Assembly (NCBI GenBank): GCA_963845065.1
Contig: CAWJQQ010000001.1
Coordinates: 544,001-608,000, forward strand
Reading direction: 5' to 3'
Source: Nitrospirota bacterium
Lineage (GTDB): Bacteria > Nitrospirota > UBA9217
Length of the DNA: 64,000 nt
In this document: in pieces, positions 1 to 10,012 of the stretch
Numbering within the stretch: position 1 is the stretch's first letter
Layout: the number at the start of each line of letters is the position of its first letter
Translations under genes and position numbers: made by a program
Notes under the pieces: model-generated
The model's input: the letters and a program-made list of their open reading frames with translations, nothing else
Told to the model about the DNA's origin: nothing
Databases searched by the model: none

Positions 1-224
1 CAACGCGGATCGAAGATCCCCACGCGAAATATGAGCAGGTAGCCGACTGCTATGTTGAACGATCCCCAGAGCACGTTCACGGTTGATGATGAAAGCCCCT
101 GACCGGGTGGTTTAGCAAATGGACTTTGGAAAGGACGTCCCATTAATCCGCTTACGAAGTGCGGAATGGCATTTGTGAGAAAAGCACCACCAAAAAAGTA
201 AGAAATGTAGTTAATCCATTCCAT
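1..224 (-). CDS. Small hydrophobic hypothetical membrane protein (partial, runs off window start)
   Basis: Manual translation from ATG 224 after RBS AAAGGAG: MEWINYISYFFGGAFLTNAIPHFVSGLMGRPFQSPFAKPPGQGLSSSTVNVLWG...; not in ORF track. Confidence 0.75.
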   Translation of the reverse strand, partial: MEWINYISYFFGGAFLTNAIPHFVSGLMGRPFQSPFAKPPGQGLSSSTVNVLWGSFNIAVGYLLIFRVGIFDPR

Positions 225-282
225 TGTCAAGTTCTCCTTTTATTGATTAGGATGTTCAAAGCACTGGCCACGCAATTGGTTT

Positions 283-735
283 TCAATCTCTTCCCCCTTT
301 ACAATAAAGACTCGCAAGAGGTTCTGACCTATTGATTTTCCGAAGTGGAATCTCTCGGCGAAACAAGGAGAAAACAGTTCCCATCAGAAGAAATACAGTG
401 TCGACCAAAAAGACATCACTAAGAGTATCCGCGAGTCCGATCCGGTCCGAGTGCTGGATCGAATCTACGAGCATATGCACATCTTTCTTTGAACCTGAGA
501 GGCAGCTTTTTATCTGTTTCATGGCGCCAGGCATCATATAGGACTGAGAGTTATAGAGCCTGGAAAGTTGTGTGGGCGAGATCGCAGCTACTGTGGCAGG
601 AGATGTCGCGCGATGGAAGGCGGGCACGCATTGATTGACGAGAATGCTTCCAAAAAGGGCTACTCCCAAGGAACCAGCGACTGTTCGCATAAGCTGAAGC
701 GTTGATGTGACTGTCCCAAAAAAACGGAGAAGCAT
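283..735 (-). pseudogene. C-terminal remnant of an MDR-type MFS transporter
   Basis: GTVTSTLQLMRTVAGSLGVALFGSIL...LADTLSDVFL...REIPLR resembles the last helices of DHA2 MFS exporters; N-terminal part absent. Confidence 0.6.
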
Positions 736-787
736 CGGTTCAAAAAATTTATCCATTCTCGTATAACCTCCCTTTGAACCTTCCATT

Positions 788-2236
788 CTATCCGCGCCTG
801 TCCCCACTCTTTTGATGTACCAGTACCGGAAGGCGGCTTGCCGACCCAAGCACGAGCAATTGAAGCCCGATCAGTAGCACAAAGGCGATCATGAACGCGC
901 GAGGCCCGGAGGCCGAAAAGTAAGTCGCTGAAAGCGATATAACAATGGCCATGACCGTTGTTGCGAGTGGTCCGCCCAGTCTTTGGACGATATTGATTGC
1001 CGTGGCCGCGACAGCGAGCTTGTCTCTCGGAACCGAAGCATACGCCGCTGACATCGAGGGGATACCGATCGCACCCTGGCCAGCGCCGCGAGCGAGCAGG
1101 CACACTACCATCAAGGTAGGTGAAAACTGGTTTTGGATCATCCAGAGAAAAGGACATGTGCCCAAAAGAGCCAAAAGCGCTCCGCCCGTGGAAACCGCGC
1201 GACAGCCAAACCTCTCGGTTAAAAAACCCATTAATGGAAATGAGCACATCATCCCGAACCCCATGGCCGCCAGCATCCAACCCGCCCGGGTTGGAGACAG
1301 CTCGCAGCCTGTGATCAAGTAAAGGGGAACAAGAAACTGTCCTGCATAAGCCACACCATTGGAGAAAAACTGGGTCGTGGCCGCCGTCGAAAAAATACGG
1401 TTATTGAAGAATCGGAGATCGATCAATGCTGTGCTCTTCTTCCGAATCGCATGCCAGACAAACGCGCCCAGCAAAATCAAACCTGCCAGCAAAGTCAAAG
1501 CTCCATCCCGATGCGAAGCATGATCGAGCCCGTAAAGAAGACACACCAAGCCAGGAGAGATCATTAGGAAGCCCGAGAAATCAAATGGACGCTTTTGGAT
1601 CGCCGCTTCGTCGCCCGGAAGCAGAAAAGTTGCTAACCCGACCGCAAAAATTCCAATCGGCAAATTGAGGTAAAAAATCCAGGGCCAAGGGGCGTATTTC
1701 AAGATCGCGCCCGCCACGACCGGACCCAGGATCGGAGCGATCAAGATGGGCACAACCGTATAGCCCATCACGCGAGCCATATGTCTCCCCGCAACCCGGG
1801 CAATCATCATCTGAGTCATCGGAGCCAAGAGCCCACCCGCTATTCCTTGGATCACTCGGGCCCAAATCAGCTCATCCATCGTCCGCGCGGAGCCGCAGAG
1901 AAGCGAAGCAAGCGTGAACGCCGAGAAGCACCCCAAGTATAGCCGCTTCGCTCCCAGCCGGTCCACGAGCCAGCCATTGATCGGAAGCATGAGCGCCAGC
2001 GCGAGCAAGTAGCCGCTGATAATCCAGTGCGCTGACGCGATCGACGAATGAAGCTCCTGCCGAATGGTCGATAGCGAGACGGTCACGACCGTCGTATCCA
2101 GTCCCGTCATGAACGGCCCTAGAAATACGACGGCGGCAATTCTCCAGACTCTCGGATCCAGGCCGTCGGAGGAAGACACCTCGTCCGCGACTGCTGGACC
2201 GGGTTCTGGAGATGAAGGAGCGTGACTCTTATTCAT
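788..2236 (-). CDS. DHA2 (EmrB/QacA) family MFS drug efflux transporter
   Basis: LDTTVVTVSL, GWLVDRLGAKR (motif A), GPVVAG...WPWIFYLNLPIG; start taken at MNKSHA, just after the marR stop. Confidence 0.9.
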   Translation of the reverse strand: MNKSHAPSSPEPGPAVADEVSSSDGLDPRVWRIAAVVFLGPFMTGLDTTVVTVSLSTIRQELHSSIASAHWIISGYLLALALMLPINGWLVDRLGAKRLYLGCFSAFTLASLLCGSARTMDELIWARVIQGIAGGLLAPMTQMMIARVAGRHMARVMGYTVVPILIAPILGPVVAGAILKYAPWPWIFYLNLPIGIFAVGLATFLLPGDEAAIQKRPFDFSGFLMISPGLVCLLYGLDHASHRDGALTLLAGLILLGAFVWHAIRKKSTALIDLRFFNNRIFSTAATTQFFSNGVAYAGQFLVPLYLITGCELSPTRAGWMLAAMGFGMMCSFPLMGFLTERFGCRAVSTGGALLALLGTCPFLWMIQNQFSPTLMVVCLLARGAGQGAIGIPSMSAAYASVPRDKLAVAATAINIVQRLGGPLATTVMAIVISLSATYFSASGPRAFMIAFVLLIGLQLLVLGSASRLPVLVHQKSGDRRG

Positions 2237-2243
2237 AGTGTGC

Positions 2244-2684
2244 CTACGTTTTCGACTTGGATAATAGGCGGGAAACTTCACAAATCTGTTTCGCAATCGC
2301 TTTTTTTTTCGTAACAGAAAGAGCCGAGAGTCTTTCATCGACTTTCGCAAATGCACGTTTATAGATCGTCTCTAGATAGGTGGTTGCTTTAGAAGTCAGA
2401 TGCAATTCAATCTGCCGCCTATCCTTGGGGTGGGGAACTCTCTTTAGGAGTCCCTCCTTGACCATCGTATTGACCATGATGGAGGTGGCGGGCTGGCTAA
2501 TTCCAAATGCCTCGGAAAGTTTCCCGACGTGGCAAACGCCACTTTTGATTTTGTGGAGCATTCTGAATTGAGTCAATGTTGGCGCGTTTGCGCCTGCTTC
2601 AGCCTTAAACTCCTGTTTGACGATCCTCGTTAGCACCGTCGCCAAGTCCACTAGGTCGCGAGAAAGAGTTGCTTTTAATTCCAT
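2244..2684 (-). CDS. MarR family transcriptional regulator
   Basis: LTLTQFRML...ISQPATSIMVNTMVKEGLLKRVPHPKDRRQIELHLT winged HTH with DRR. Confidence 0.92.
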   Translation of the reverse strand: MELKATLSRDLVDLATVLTRIVKQEFKAEAGANAPTLTQFRMLHKIKSGVCHVGKLSEAFGISQPATSIMVNTMVKEGLLKRVPHPKDRRQIELHLTSKATTYLETIYKRAFAKVDERLSALSVTKKKAIAKQICEVSRLLSKSKT

Positions 2685-2691
2685 ATATTAT

Positions 2692-2720
2692 ATACTAGAT
2701 ATATGCTATATCTATGTCAA
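2692..2720 (-). promoter_or_regulatory. Sigma70 promoter of marR overlapped by a palindromic putative MarR operator
   Basis: Minus strand TTGACA (2720-2715), 17 bp, TAGTAT (2697-2692); palindrome TAGATATA-TGC-TATATCTA at 2696-2714. Confidence 0.7.
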
Positions 2721-2747
2721 TATAAATAACAGTATGAGGAGGAAATA

Positions 2748-3320
2748 ATGATAATTGACCCAAAAAAGACCGCAGTTCTCAGCCTGGATATCCAGGAAGG
2801 CATCCTGGGATTTGTTCCAAGTGCTCAGGCAGCTTTTCCCAATGCGGCTCGAGTAGTGGAGTCTTCCAGAAAAGGTGGATTCCTACTGATTCATGTGGGG
2901 ATTGGTTTCGAACCTGGATATCCTGAAATCAGCTCAGGCCACGCGCGTTTTTCGATGATCAAGGAGCGCGGACTTTTTGTCAAGGGGTCCGATTCGGCGC
3001 GCATTCACTCATCGATCTTCAAGTCCGGCGATACCGTTGTCTACAAGCATCGGGTGAGCGCATTTTCCGGGAATGCGTTGCACATGATCCTCCGCTCGCA
3101 GGGAATAGAAAATTTGGTGCTCTTCGGAATCGCTACCAGTGGCATTGTTTTGTCTACGGTCAGGTTGGCGAGTGACCTTGATTTCAAGTGCGTGGTGATC
3201 AAAGATGCATGCTTTGATTCTGATGAGGAAGTGCATCGCGTTTTGACGGAAAAGGTTTTCGCCTCCCAAGCGACGGTAATTACGACAAAGGAGTTTCAAA
3301 CAGAGTTTGCGGGCGCATGA
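2748..3320 (+). CDS. Isochorismatase-family cysteine hydrolase
   Basis: TAVLSLDIQ, KHRVSAFSG, LVLFGIATSGIVLST; RBS GAGGAGG. Confidence 0.9.
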   Translation: MIIDPKKTAVLSLDIQEGILGFVPSAQAAFPNAARVVESSRKGGFLLIHVGIGFEPGYPEISSGHARFSMIKERGLFVKGSDSARIHSSIFKSGDTVVYKHRVSAFSGNALHMILRSQGIENLVLFGIATSGIVLSTVRLASDLDFKCVVIKDACFDSDEEVHRVLTEKVFASQATVITTKEFQTEFAGA

Positions 3321-3324
3321 TCCC

Positions 3325-3700
3325 TCAATGGGTAGGCGTTAATGAATACAGTTTGTAAATTGAAGTGTTATTAAGAGTAGAAAAATCATCGGATCCAGGA
3401 TCAAGTAAGCCGCTCCGCGGGTCTGTGGCCAGTTCACGCGTGATGTCCGTGAATTTATAACGTACAGTGACATAGGCGCTCATAACAATGAAGAAGCGTA
3501 TAGGGAGATATCCGAATGGATAGACGGGGAGCCCAACAGTTGGTAGAAAAACAACCGCGTCTAGGTAACCAACGCCGAAAGCTATAAGCAGTCCTCTCAG
3601 TCTTTTCTTCTGCAGCGCAGTCGAACTTTGCTGATATGCCGACAAGCTGCGGGTGAAGCTCGCAGCAAAACTCCCGATCATTGCCTAGACGCTGATGAAG
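3325..3700 (-). pseudogene. Fragment of a membrane sensor (histidine-kinase N-terminal 7TM-like) gene
   Basis: KKRLRGLLIAFGVGYL...GLPVYPFGYLP...YVTVRYKFTDIT resembles the end of a 7TM sensor domain; no start and no downstream domain. Confidence 0.45.
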
Positions 3701-3809
3701 AAGAAGGAGATATTTGACTAGGTTTGCCTCAATTTAGGGGATACTCAGGTATCGGCCAGTTTAAAATAACTCAAATGCGGGCTTGCGCAATCATTTTTTG
3801 AATGGAAGC

Positions 3810-4115
3810 CCCTGGTGGAAGTTGAGAGAAACAATTAAGGTGCTGAACCTGACGTTCAGTGAACTGAGGCTGGAAAAGCACTCGGACAAGACTGTTATCG
3901 GCCGAATAGAAAAGGGGTTTGATTTTTTAGGGATATCACTTCAGCCCTGACGGGTTTTCAATAGCTGAAAAGACGCTCTATCCATATATAACTATGAAGA
4001 GGTTTCTTGCACGTGTAATCCGGCTTTATAAGCAAGAGCAGGAGGAGCCTTCAGGCTCCTCCTGCTTGGACTATACGTGAAGCATTGGGTCCGGTGGGTA
4101 TATAGCGGCATCCCA
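3810..4115 (+). pseudogene. C-terminal remnant of a group II-like reverse transcriptase
   Basis: WKLRETIKVLNLTFSELRLEKHSDKTVIGRIEKGFDFLG / frameshift / YHFSPDG...RLYKQE... / frameshift / LYVKHWVRW; FDFLG is RT motif 7; no catalytic YxDD region. Confidence 0.75.
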
Positions 4116-4236
4116 CCACTTGCATTCAAATGTCGCAGTACATTCTGTGAGCGTGGAGGGTATACTAATGACCATTAAGGGTAACCCCACGATTACGGCC
4201 CTGCTATATTGACGCGTGTCGCCATGGAGTGGCGTT

Positions 4237-5670
4237 TCACTGCTGAAAGCAATATAGACGCGCAGTATTCGTGCAAACATAAGAGCCATCGCTCGTCCAC
4301 TCTGAATTTGAATATTGTAAATACCCAACTGCACCCGAATAGCCGGATGTACCGGAGGTCCAATTGTTGCAGTCGGTCGCTGAAATGTTGTTTACGGCTG
4401 TACCATTAGTATTTGTACCCGTCCACACATACGACGCAGCTACGGCAACCCCGTTTTGGTCATGCATGATAGGGTTTTGGAGTGTCCCTGAAGTCAACTG
4501 AGTCCAATTATTCGCAATGACTGTGCCGTCTAGAGTGACGTAGGGGATGGTATTCTGCGTAAATCTTGTCGATGGAGACGTGGTAGCGTCCGATAACCAC
4601 GCCAACCAGTTACCGGTTAAACCAGCGCTTTGAGCGAAAGACAAACAACCCGCATCACCTCCCGCTGCCCCGACCGGTTGACTCGAACTCCATGTAAAAG
4701 TTTCGCTTGTCACGAATACCAATTTGATCGGCGAAAAAATCGCGTACAGCGTAACATTTGCTGAACCCATCGCAAAGGTCTGCCCCACCGTATAAGCCGT
4801 TCCGGATCCGTTGGCCTCCGTGTTCCAGTTCATGAATAACTCCTCGGCTTTGATGAGATTGCATGTATATCCCTTCACAGTGACGGTCTGGCTCGTCAAG
4901 TAGTGGGTCCCATCAGTCGGGGCTGTGCAGGCGGTAAGGCCGTTGCCGTTATAAGTAACGGTAAATGTAGGTTGTACTGTCCAGAGAGCGTACAAGGTAA
5001 CACTTGCTGAGCCCATCGTGAAGGTCTGCCCCGCCGTATAGGTCGTTCCGGTTCCGTTAGCCTGCGTGTTCCAGCCAGTGAAGGTATCTCCGGTTTTCGC
5101 GAGGTTGCCATTCCCGAGCACCGTGACAGCCTGCCCAATGTCGTATTTGTTAGAATCGACCGGAACGCTGCCGCTGGTGCTGCCGTTGCCGCTATAGGTC
5201 ACCGTGAGAAGACCGCTTCCGGATGTCTTCGTTATGGTTCCCGACGAAGTTCCGGTGCAAGTCGCCGTGGGTGTGATACACTGCCAGCTCGAAGTGTAAC
5301 TCCCGGCAGTCTCAGAACTTAGCGTAATGGTGACTGATTCTGGGTGCGTCCCGTTGCAGTTAGAACCAGGCGCATTACTGCTCGAATACGTTATCACATC
5401 TCCGCTTATCGTGGCGGTGAATTGGTCTCCTTGAGAGTCCGTCGCATTGAGAGTATTGCCCGATTGAGTATTTACAGTAAATGTGTTCGAATTTAGCGTG
5501 CAGCAGGACTGAGGCTGACAATTTGTATCAGCTTGTTTCCACGCACCTGCTATATCATTATATGCCGCGGGCTGCAACGAGCTCCCACCTCCGCCTCCTC
5601 CCCCGCCGCAGTCGCCAAGCAGAACCACCGTCGAAAGAACCAGAATCAAAAAATTTAATAACCGTTTCAT
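4237..5670 (-). CDS. Surface lipoprotein with two InlB B-repeat (Flg_new) domains and a C-terminal DUF1554-like (C-type-lectin-fold) domain
   Basis: Signal peptide ending LLGDC plus Gly run; two VTY.GNG...F.(G/N)WNT.ANG.GT.Y..GQTF.MGSA.VTLYA repeats; GDAGC...WLAWLS...VWTG...DCNNWTS...RLYCFQQ. Confidence 0.8.
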   Translation of the reverse strand: MKRLLNFLILVLSTVVLLGDCGGGGGGGGSSLQPAAYNDIAGAWKQADTNCQPQSCCTLNSNTFTVNTQSGNTLNATDSQGDQFTATISGDVITYSSSNAPGSNCNGTHPESVTITLSSETAGSYTSSWQCITPTATCTGTSSGTITKTSGSGLLTVTYSGNGSTSGSVPVDSNKYDIGQAVTVLGNGNLAKTGDTFTGWNTQANGTGTTYTAGQTFTMGSASVTLYALWTVQPTFTVTYNGNGLTACTAPTDGTHYLTSQTVTVKGYTCNLIKAEELFMNWNTEANGSGTAYTVGQTFAMGSANVTLYAIFSPIKLVFVTSETFTWSSSQPVGAAGGDAGCLSFAQSAGLTGNWLAWLSDATTSPSTRFTQNTIPYVTLDGTVIANNWTQLTSGTLQNPIMHDQNGVAVAASYVWTGTNTNGTAVNNISATDCNNWTSGTSGYSGAVGYLQYSNSEWTSDGSYVCTNTARLYCFQQ

Positions 5671-6933
5671 AGTGATCTCCTCTAGTCACCATCAATGCGT
5701 TGCGTTCATCCGAATAATACCTAAAGAGCTTCCCACGCAATACGTTTCTGTATTTACATCATTGACTAAAAAAGCCGAGCATGTCGCAAGGACTCCTCCT
5801 TCTGCAGTACGGCCGTCTTGGTCTTTTAAGACCCATTGCTTTCCGTCTCCTTCACCAGAAGGGGCTGTCTTTATCGATGATAATTTACATGCAATCATAG
5901 ATATGGAGATTTGTCAATTTCAAAGACTTGCAACTGTTTACTTTATTACAAACAATTGCAAAAAGTCGATTTGTATTCATAACTCTACTCTTGATTTCTT
6001 ATTCCTCACTGTTAATAGATGAGAGTACCCAAAGTTATTGATCATTTTATTTGCTTTGAATGTATGATCGATAAGAGGAGCAGTTAATGTTGTCGAGTGG
6101 GTATATTACGGGTATACGCAGCAGAATTCAGGTTGGGAATTTATGTGTTCCAAAGTTGGAAACCTTAACAACTAATAAGGATGAAGCTGAATTTTCACAA
6201 AGATAAACCTGTCGTGGTGTTTTCGAATAAGGCATAAGACCAAAGCGGGGTAGCGACACAATGCATGGACTTATTGATATCCGCATAAAGTTCCTCGGGA
6301 CCAGGCTGCCGCTAGTCCTATCGACTGTTTATGTTATAAAGGAATCGCAAATGATGATCAGCAAGAACGGGTGGACTGCCGAACTCACCAGGTCAGACTT
6401 CAACCGACAAGTCACATGATATACACGGCATGTTACTAGTCTGCGGAAAGTTGAACTGTCACGAAATCGGGTAGGTCGGGAGCCTTACGGCTCCTTTCCC
6501 CCCTAAGAACCGTGCATGAGAGTTTCCCCTCACACGGCTCAAGCTCCTCTAAAAGAATCCCTGATAGAGATCCCCGCGATTCAGAATCGCTTCACGATAC
6601 TTGCAGACTGCCAATATGGCCGAAGCCGAAAGGGGCACCAATGCTGAGTGGAAGCTCAGCATCGTCATTTGCGTTCCTTTCTTAATATTGATTCATCCTG
6701 TGTTCTCGTGACGAAGAACCTGCCAATATCAGCCTCCTTACGGAGTCCCGAATTAATCGGGTATCCCCACCATTACAGCAGGGCATTCGCTTCTTTTGGC
6801 ATCTCAATCCAGACCTCCAACAGCATGCCTTACGGTTAGCCTGCCCATAGTTACTTTGGAGCGAAGGTACTGGGGTTCCACGTTCCGTATAAATGATCCT
6901 TTGAGTGACTTAGGTGTATCATTAACACCGGTG

Positions 6934-8461
6934 GATCAGGTCAAGTTTTTAGTTGAAATTAGTTGAGTGGCCCGCGCTCCCTTCGGCTAAGGCTTTTTAT
7001 CGATTCAACGGTGTAAAGCATCGTTGTGTATAAAATCGGATTCGTAGGATCGCCATATTTGAGTTTTCTGAGGCCGAGCCATACCTAACCATCCCTCCTT
7101 ATGCAGCCTTTTTGACCGTTAGGTCATTTATTTCGTCCGCCTCGATCCGTTTCATCACGTCCGCGATGAAGGCGTGACCCTTGATCTTCCTGAATCCTTG
7201 TTCAGCATATAAAAGAACAGAAGCGAGCCAGCGCTGCATCATCTTGCTGTCGCGATAGCGCTTTATATTGCCCTCTGCTTTTCTCACCGTAGAAAACATG
7301 CTCTCAATAGGATTGGTAGAATGCAAGGTATTCCGCAAGAGAGCGGGAACCTTCAACCGGTGAAGGGTGAGAATGTCTTCTATCGCTTCCATGAGCGAAT
7401 CAGCCGCCGACTCATTGATGCCCCGAAGCCATTTCTCCATGTCCAGAAGCATCTGACGAGCATCTGCGTAATTATTCTGCTCCAGGGCAGTTCGGAACCT
7501 CCTGTGTGCGTCTTTCCGGTATTTCTTCGGCAAATGATGCTGTATATTGCGGTCCTTGTGGATCGTGCACCGCTGATGGATCAATTTATTGCCGAAGCGA
7601 TCCCGGAGAGCTTTGATTACGCCTCTGCCACCATCGGTGACCCAGATGATTCGTCGTGATAGTGTCAGACCCCGCCGTTCCATATCGGAAAACAGTTCTT
7701 CGCACAATTCATGGTTCTCCGTCGCCCCCTGCCAGAATCCCAATGTCTGCTTCGTTCCAGCACTATCGAGCCCCAGCGCCACGATGAATGCCTCTCCGCC
7801 GCGGTGAACAGTGTCTAAAAAGACTGCAAAGGGGACGAATGACGTGAGTGACCGTTCCTTAAACTCCTGAAGCTGTTTTGCTGTTGCCGCGACGATATGG
7901 CTCGACACCGTGCTGGCAGATACGCCAAATGCTTGCGCCGTATCTACAACCGTCTCCGCATACTTCCGGCATGATATGCCACGGAGTACCTTTCCAAGCA
8001 ATTCTTCTGAGAAACCTTCCGGTTTTTTCAACTTCTGATAACTCTGAAGCGCAATCTCACCAGCCGGACCTCGAAGCCGAGGGTGGGTCACTGGGATCTT
8101 CTGATCTCCGATATAGACGGAACCGCCCTGGCTTGCCCACTTCCACAGGTCAGGACTGGTGGGCTGGTAGTCTGGCCCGGCAATCTCCTCACGCTCGATG
8201 TACATGATCGTCTCCGCCATCAGTCGGCCCATTTCCTTCATGCATTCATCAAAACCCTGTTTACCTTTTGCGAAGACATAATACATCTGTTCAATGATCT
8301 CCTGCCTTCCATATGCCTCTTCAATTCCTCGTATTGCCTTTTTCCTCTTCCTTGTGGTATCCTTCATCCAGTGGCTCCTTTCTTTGTTTCTCTCTCTCTA
8401 CCGTGGATTATGCCACGGGGGAGCCACTCTTTTCAATTTCAACTAAAAACAGTATAACCTC
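6934..8461 (-). mobile_element. IS256 family element, copy 1 (1528 bp), 8-bp TSD CACCGGTG
   Basis: Terminal IRs sharing GTTTTTAGTTGAAATT; TSD at 6926-6933 and 8462-8469; near-identical to 50337-51864. Confidence 0.95.
7099..8367 (-). CDS. IS256 family (Mutator) transposase
   Basis: VFLD, WVTDG, QRCTIHK, STNPIES motifs. Confidence 0.95.
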   Translation of the reverse strand: MKDTTRKRKKAIRGIEEAYGRQEIIEQMYYVFAKGKQGFDECMKEMGRLMAETIMYIEREEIAGPDYQPTSPDLWKWASQGGSVYIGDQKIPVTHPRLRGPAGEIALQSYQKLKKPEGFSEELLGKVLRGISCRKYAETVVDTAQAFGVSASTVSSHIVAATAKQLQEFKERSLTSFVPFAVFLDTVHRGGEAFIVALGLDSAGTKQTLGFWQGATENHELCEELFSDMERRGLTLSRRIIWVTDGGRGVIKALRDRFGNKLIHQRCTIHKDRNIQHHLPKKYRKDAHRRFRTALEQNNYADARQMLLDMEKWLRGINESAADSLMEAIEDILTLHRLKVPALLRNTLHSTNPIESMFSTVRKAEGNIKRYRDSKMMQRWLASVLLYAEQGFRKIKGHAFIADVMKRIEADEINDLTVKKAA

Positions 8462-9259
8462 CACCGGTGGTGCTACAGTTCCGTGCAGGTACAGTATAGA
8501 CCTGCAACCTGACCACTTGCTGTTCGCACAAGGGAACAGCCTCCGACCTATTATTCCTCCGTAGGTCTGCTTACAATGACGGTGCTTACCGACATTCAAT
8601 TATTTTCACCATATCACTCATCCCTAGCCCTTAACCGGAGAGGATTTCCAGAAGGGTCGGCCTGTCACCATTTCGACCCAATTCGGTACGTTGTCCGTGA
8701 GGCTTCGCACCCCGTCATCAGCGCAACGGTAGCACGCTCACGTAGGGACCAGCAGGAAACATGCTGGGTACTCTTTATACACCTCCTTAGTACACTCATT
8801 TATACGACATCGTGTCGCACATACTGAATGTAACTTACACATAAACGATAAGTTTAGAGGAGTGGCAGACTTTTCGCTGCCAGCTTCTCAGACGGCCGGT
8901 TACTTCACGTCACTATGCGGCGCCCTTAGGGCTGTGCATATGCCTGCCTTCCTTACGAAAGCGATGAGTATCTCTAAACTTAATTATTCATTTGCCGCTT
9001 ATTAAGCCGGAGTGACGAGATTAACTGATACCAAAAATATTAGAGGTTTTGCTTGTGTCAGCATTTTTTTAGTAAATTTCCGCAGATCAGCTATAATTTG
9101 GAAAGTAGCATTATGGCTGGTGCTCTTTTATAATGGCAGTGTTTATTTTCAGAGATTATTATGTCCCCATGTACAGAATGCTGCAGGCATTCTCAGGAAA
9201 GTTTGCTAAAATAAACATATGAATAGAGTATCTAACGAAACAATATCCGGGAGAAAGGC

Positions 9260-10012
9260 ATGCTTTCCAGCATGATCGAGATCACAAATCTGTCAGTCAG
9301 CGTTGATGGGAAAAGGATACTCAATGATGTGAACCTAAACATCGGGCAGGGGGAAACCATTGTCTTATTTGGCCCGAACGGTTCCGGAAAGACCTCTCTT
9401 CTGAAGACGATCATGGGAATCCCACAATACAGGGTAGAATCAGGGAGCATCGTCTTCAAGGGTGAGGACATCACGAAGCGCAGCATAGACGAGCGAGCGA
9501 GGCTCGGTATCGGCATGGTATTTCAGAATCCTCCGGCAGTACGGGGGGTGAGGCTTAAAGAGATACTGCGTATCTGCATGGGGAAGAGGGGTTCGTATAA
9601 AGAAGAAAAGATCAATGAGGACGCAGACAAATTGAATTTCACCGAATTTTTGGACAGAGACATCAATTTGGGTTTTTCCGGCGGAGAAATTAAACGGTCC
9701 GAACTTCTTCAACTTCTAGCGCAAAACCCCGAGTTCATTATGTTTGATGAACCTGATTCGGGTGTGGATCTAGTTAATATCAATCTGGTGGGCAAGGTTA
9801 TAAATGAATTGATCGAGAAAGATAAAAGGGCAGTCAAGAGAACAAAGGGGGGACTAATCATAACGCATGCCGGTTACATTCTGGATTATGTCAATGCCGA
9901 CAGGGCATACGTTATGCTGAACAGCACTGTGAGCTGTTCCGGGAACTCGCGAGACATTCTTGAGGACATAAGGGCTAAAGGGTATGAGGAGTGCGTAAGA
10001 TGTCGAAGGTAA
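9260..10012 (+). CDS. sufC: Fe-S assembly ABC ATPase SufC (SmsC-like); start may be 9272
   Basis: GPNGSGKT, GFSGGEIKRSE, FDEPDSGVD, ITH; C-terminal CVRC. Confidence 0.92.
   Translation: MLSSMIEITNLSVSVDGKRILNDVNLNIGQGETIVLFGPNGSGKTSLLKTIMGIPQYRVESGSIVFKGEDITKRSIDERARLGIGMVFQNPPAVRGVRLKEILRICMGKRGSYKEEKINEDADKLNFTEFLDRDINLGFSGGEIKRSELLQLLAQNPEFIMFDEPDSGVDLVNINLVGKVINELIEKDKRAVKRTKGGLIITHAGYILDYVNADRAYVMLNSTVSCSGNSRDILEDIRAKGYEECVRCRR

Larger units (their letters stand above)
6466..8820 (-). mobile_element. ORF-less group II intron (IIB-like, ~819 nt after removing the inserted IS256 and one TSD copy)
   Basis: 5' end GTGCGACACG at 8820; domain V/VI GAGCCGTGTGAGGGGAAACTCTCATGCACGGTTC...CCTACCCGAT ending at 6466; EBS1/IBS1 complementarity. 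Confidence 0.88.

Noticed and set aside
283..849. 188-aa intact gene
   Set aside because: N-terminus overlaps the upstream MFS gene and lacks similarity; only an MFS C-terminal remnant is supported
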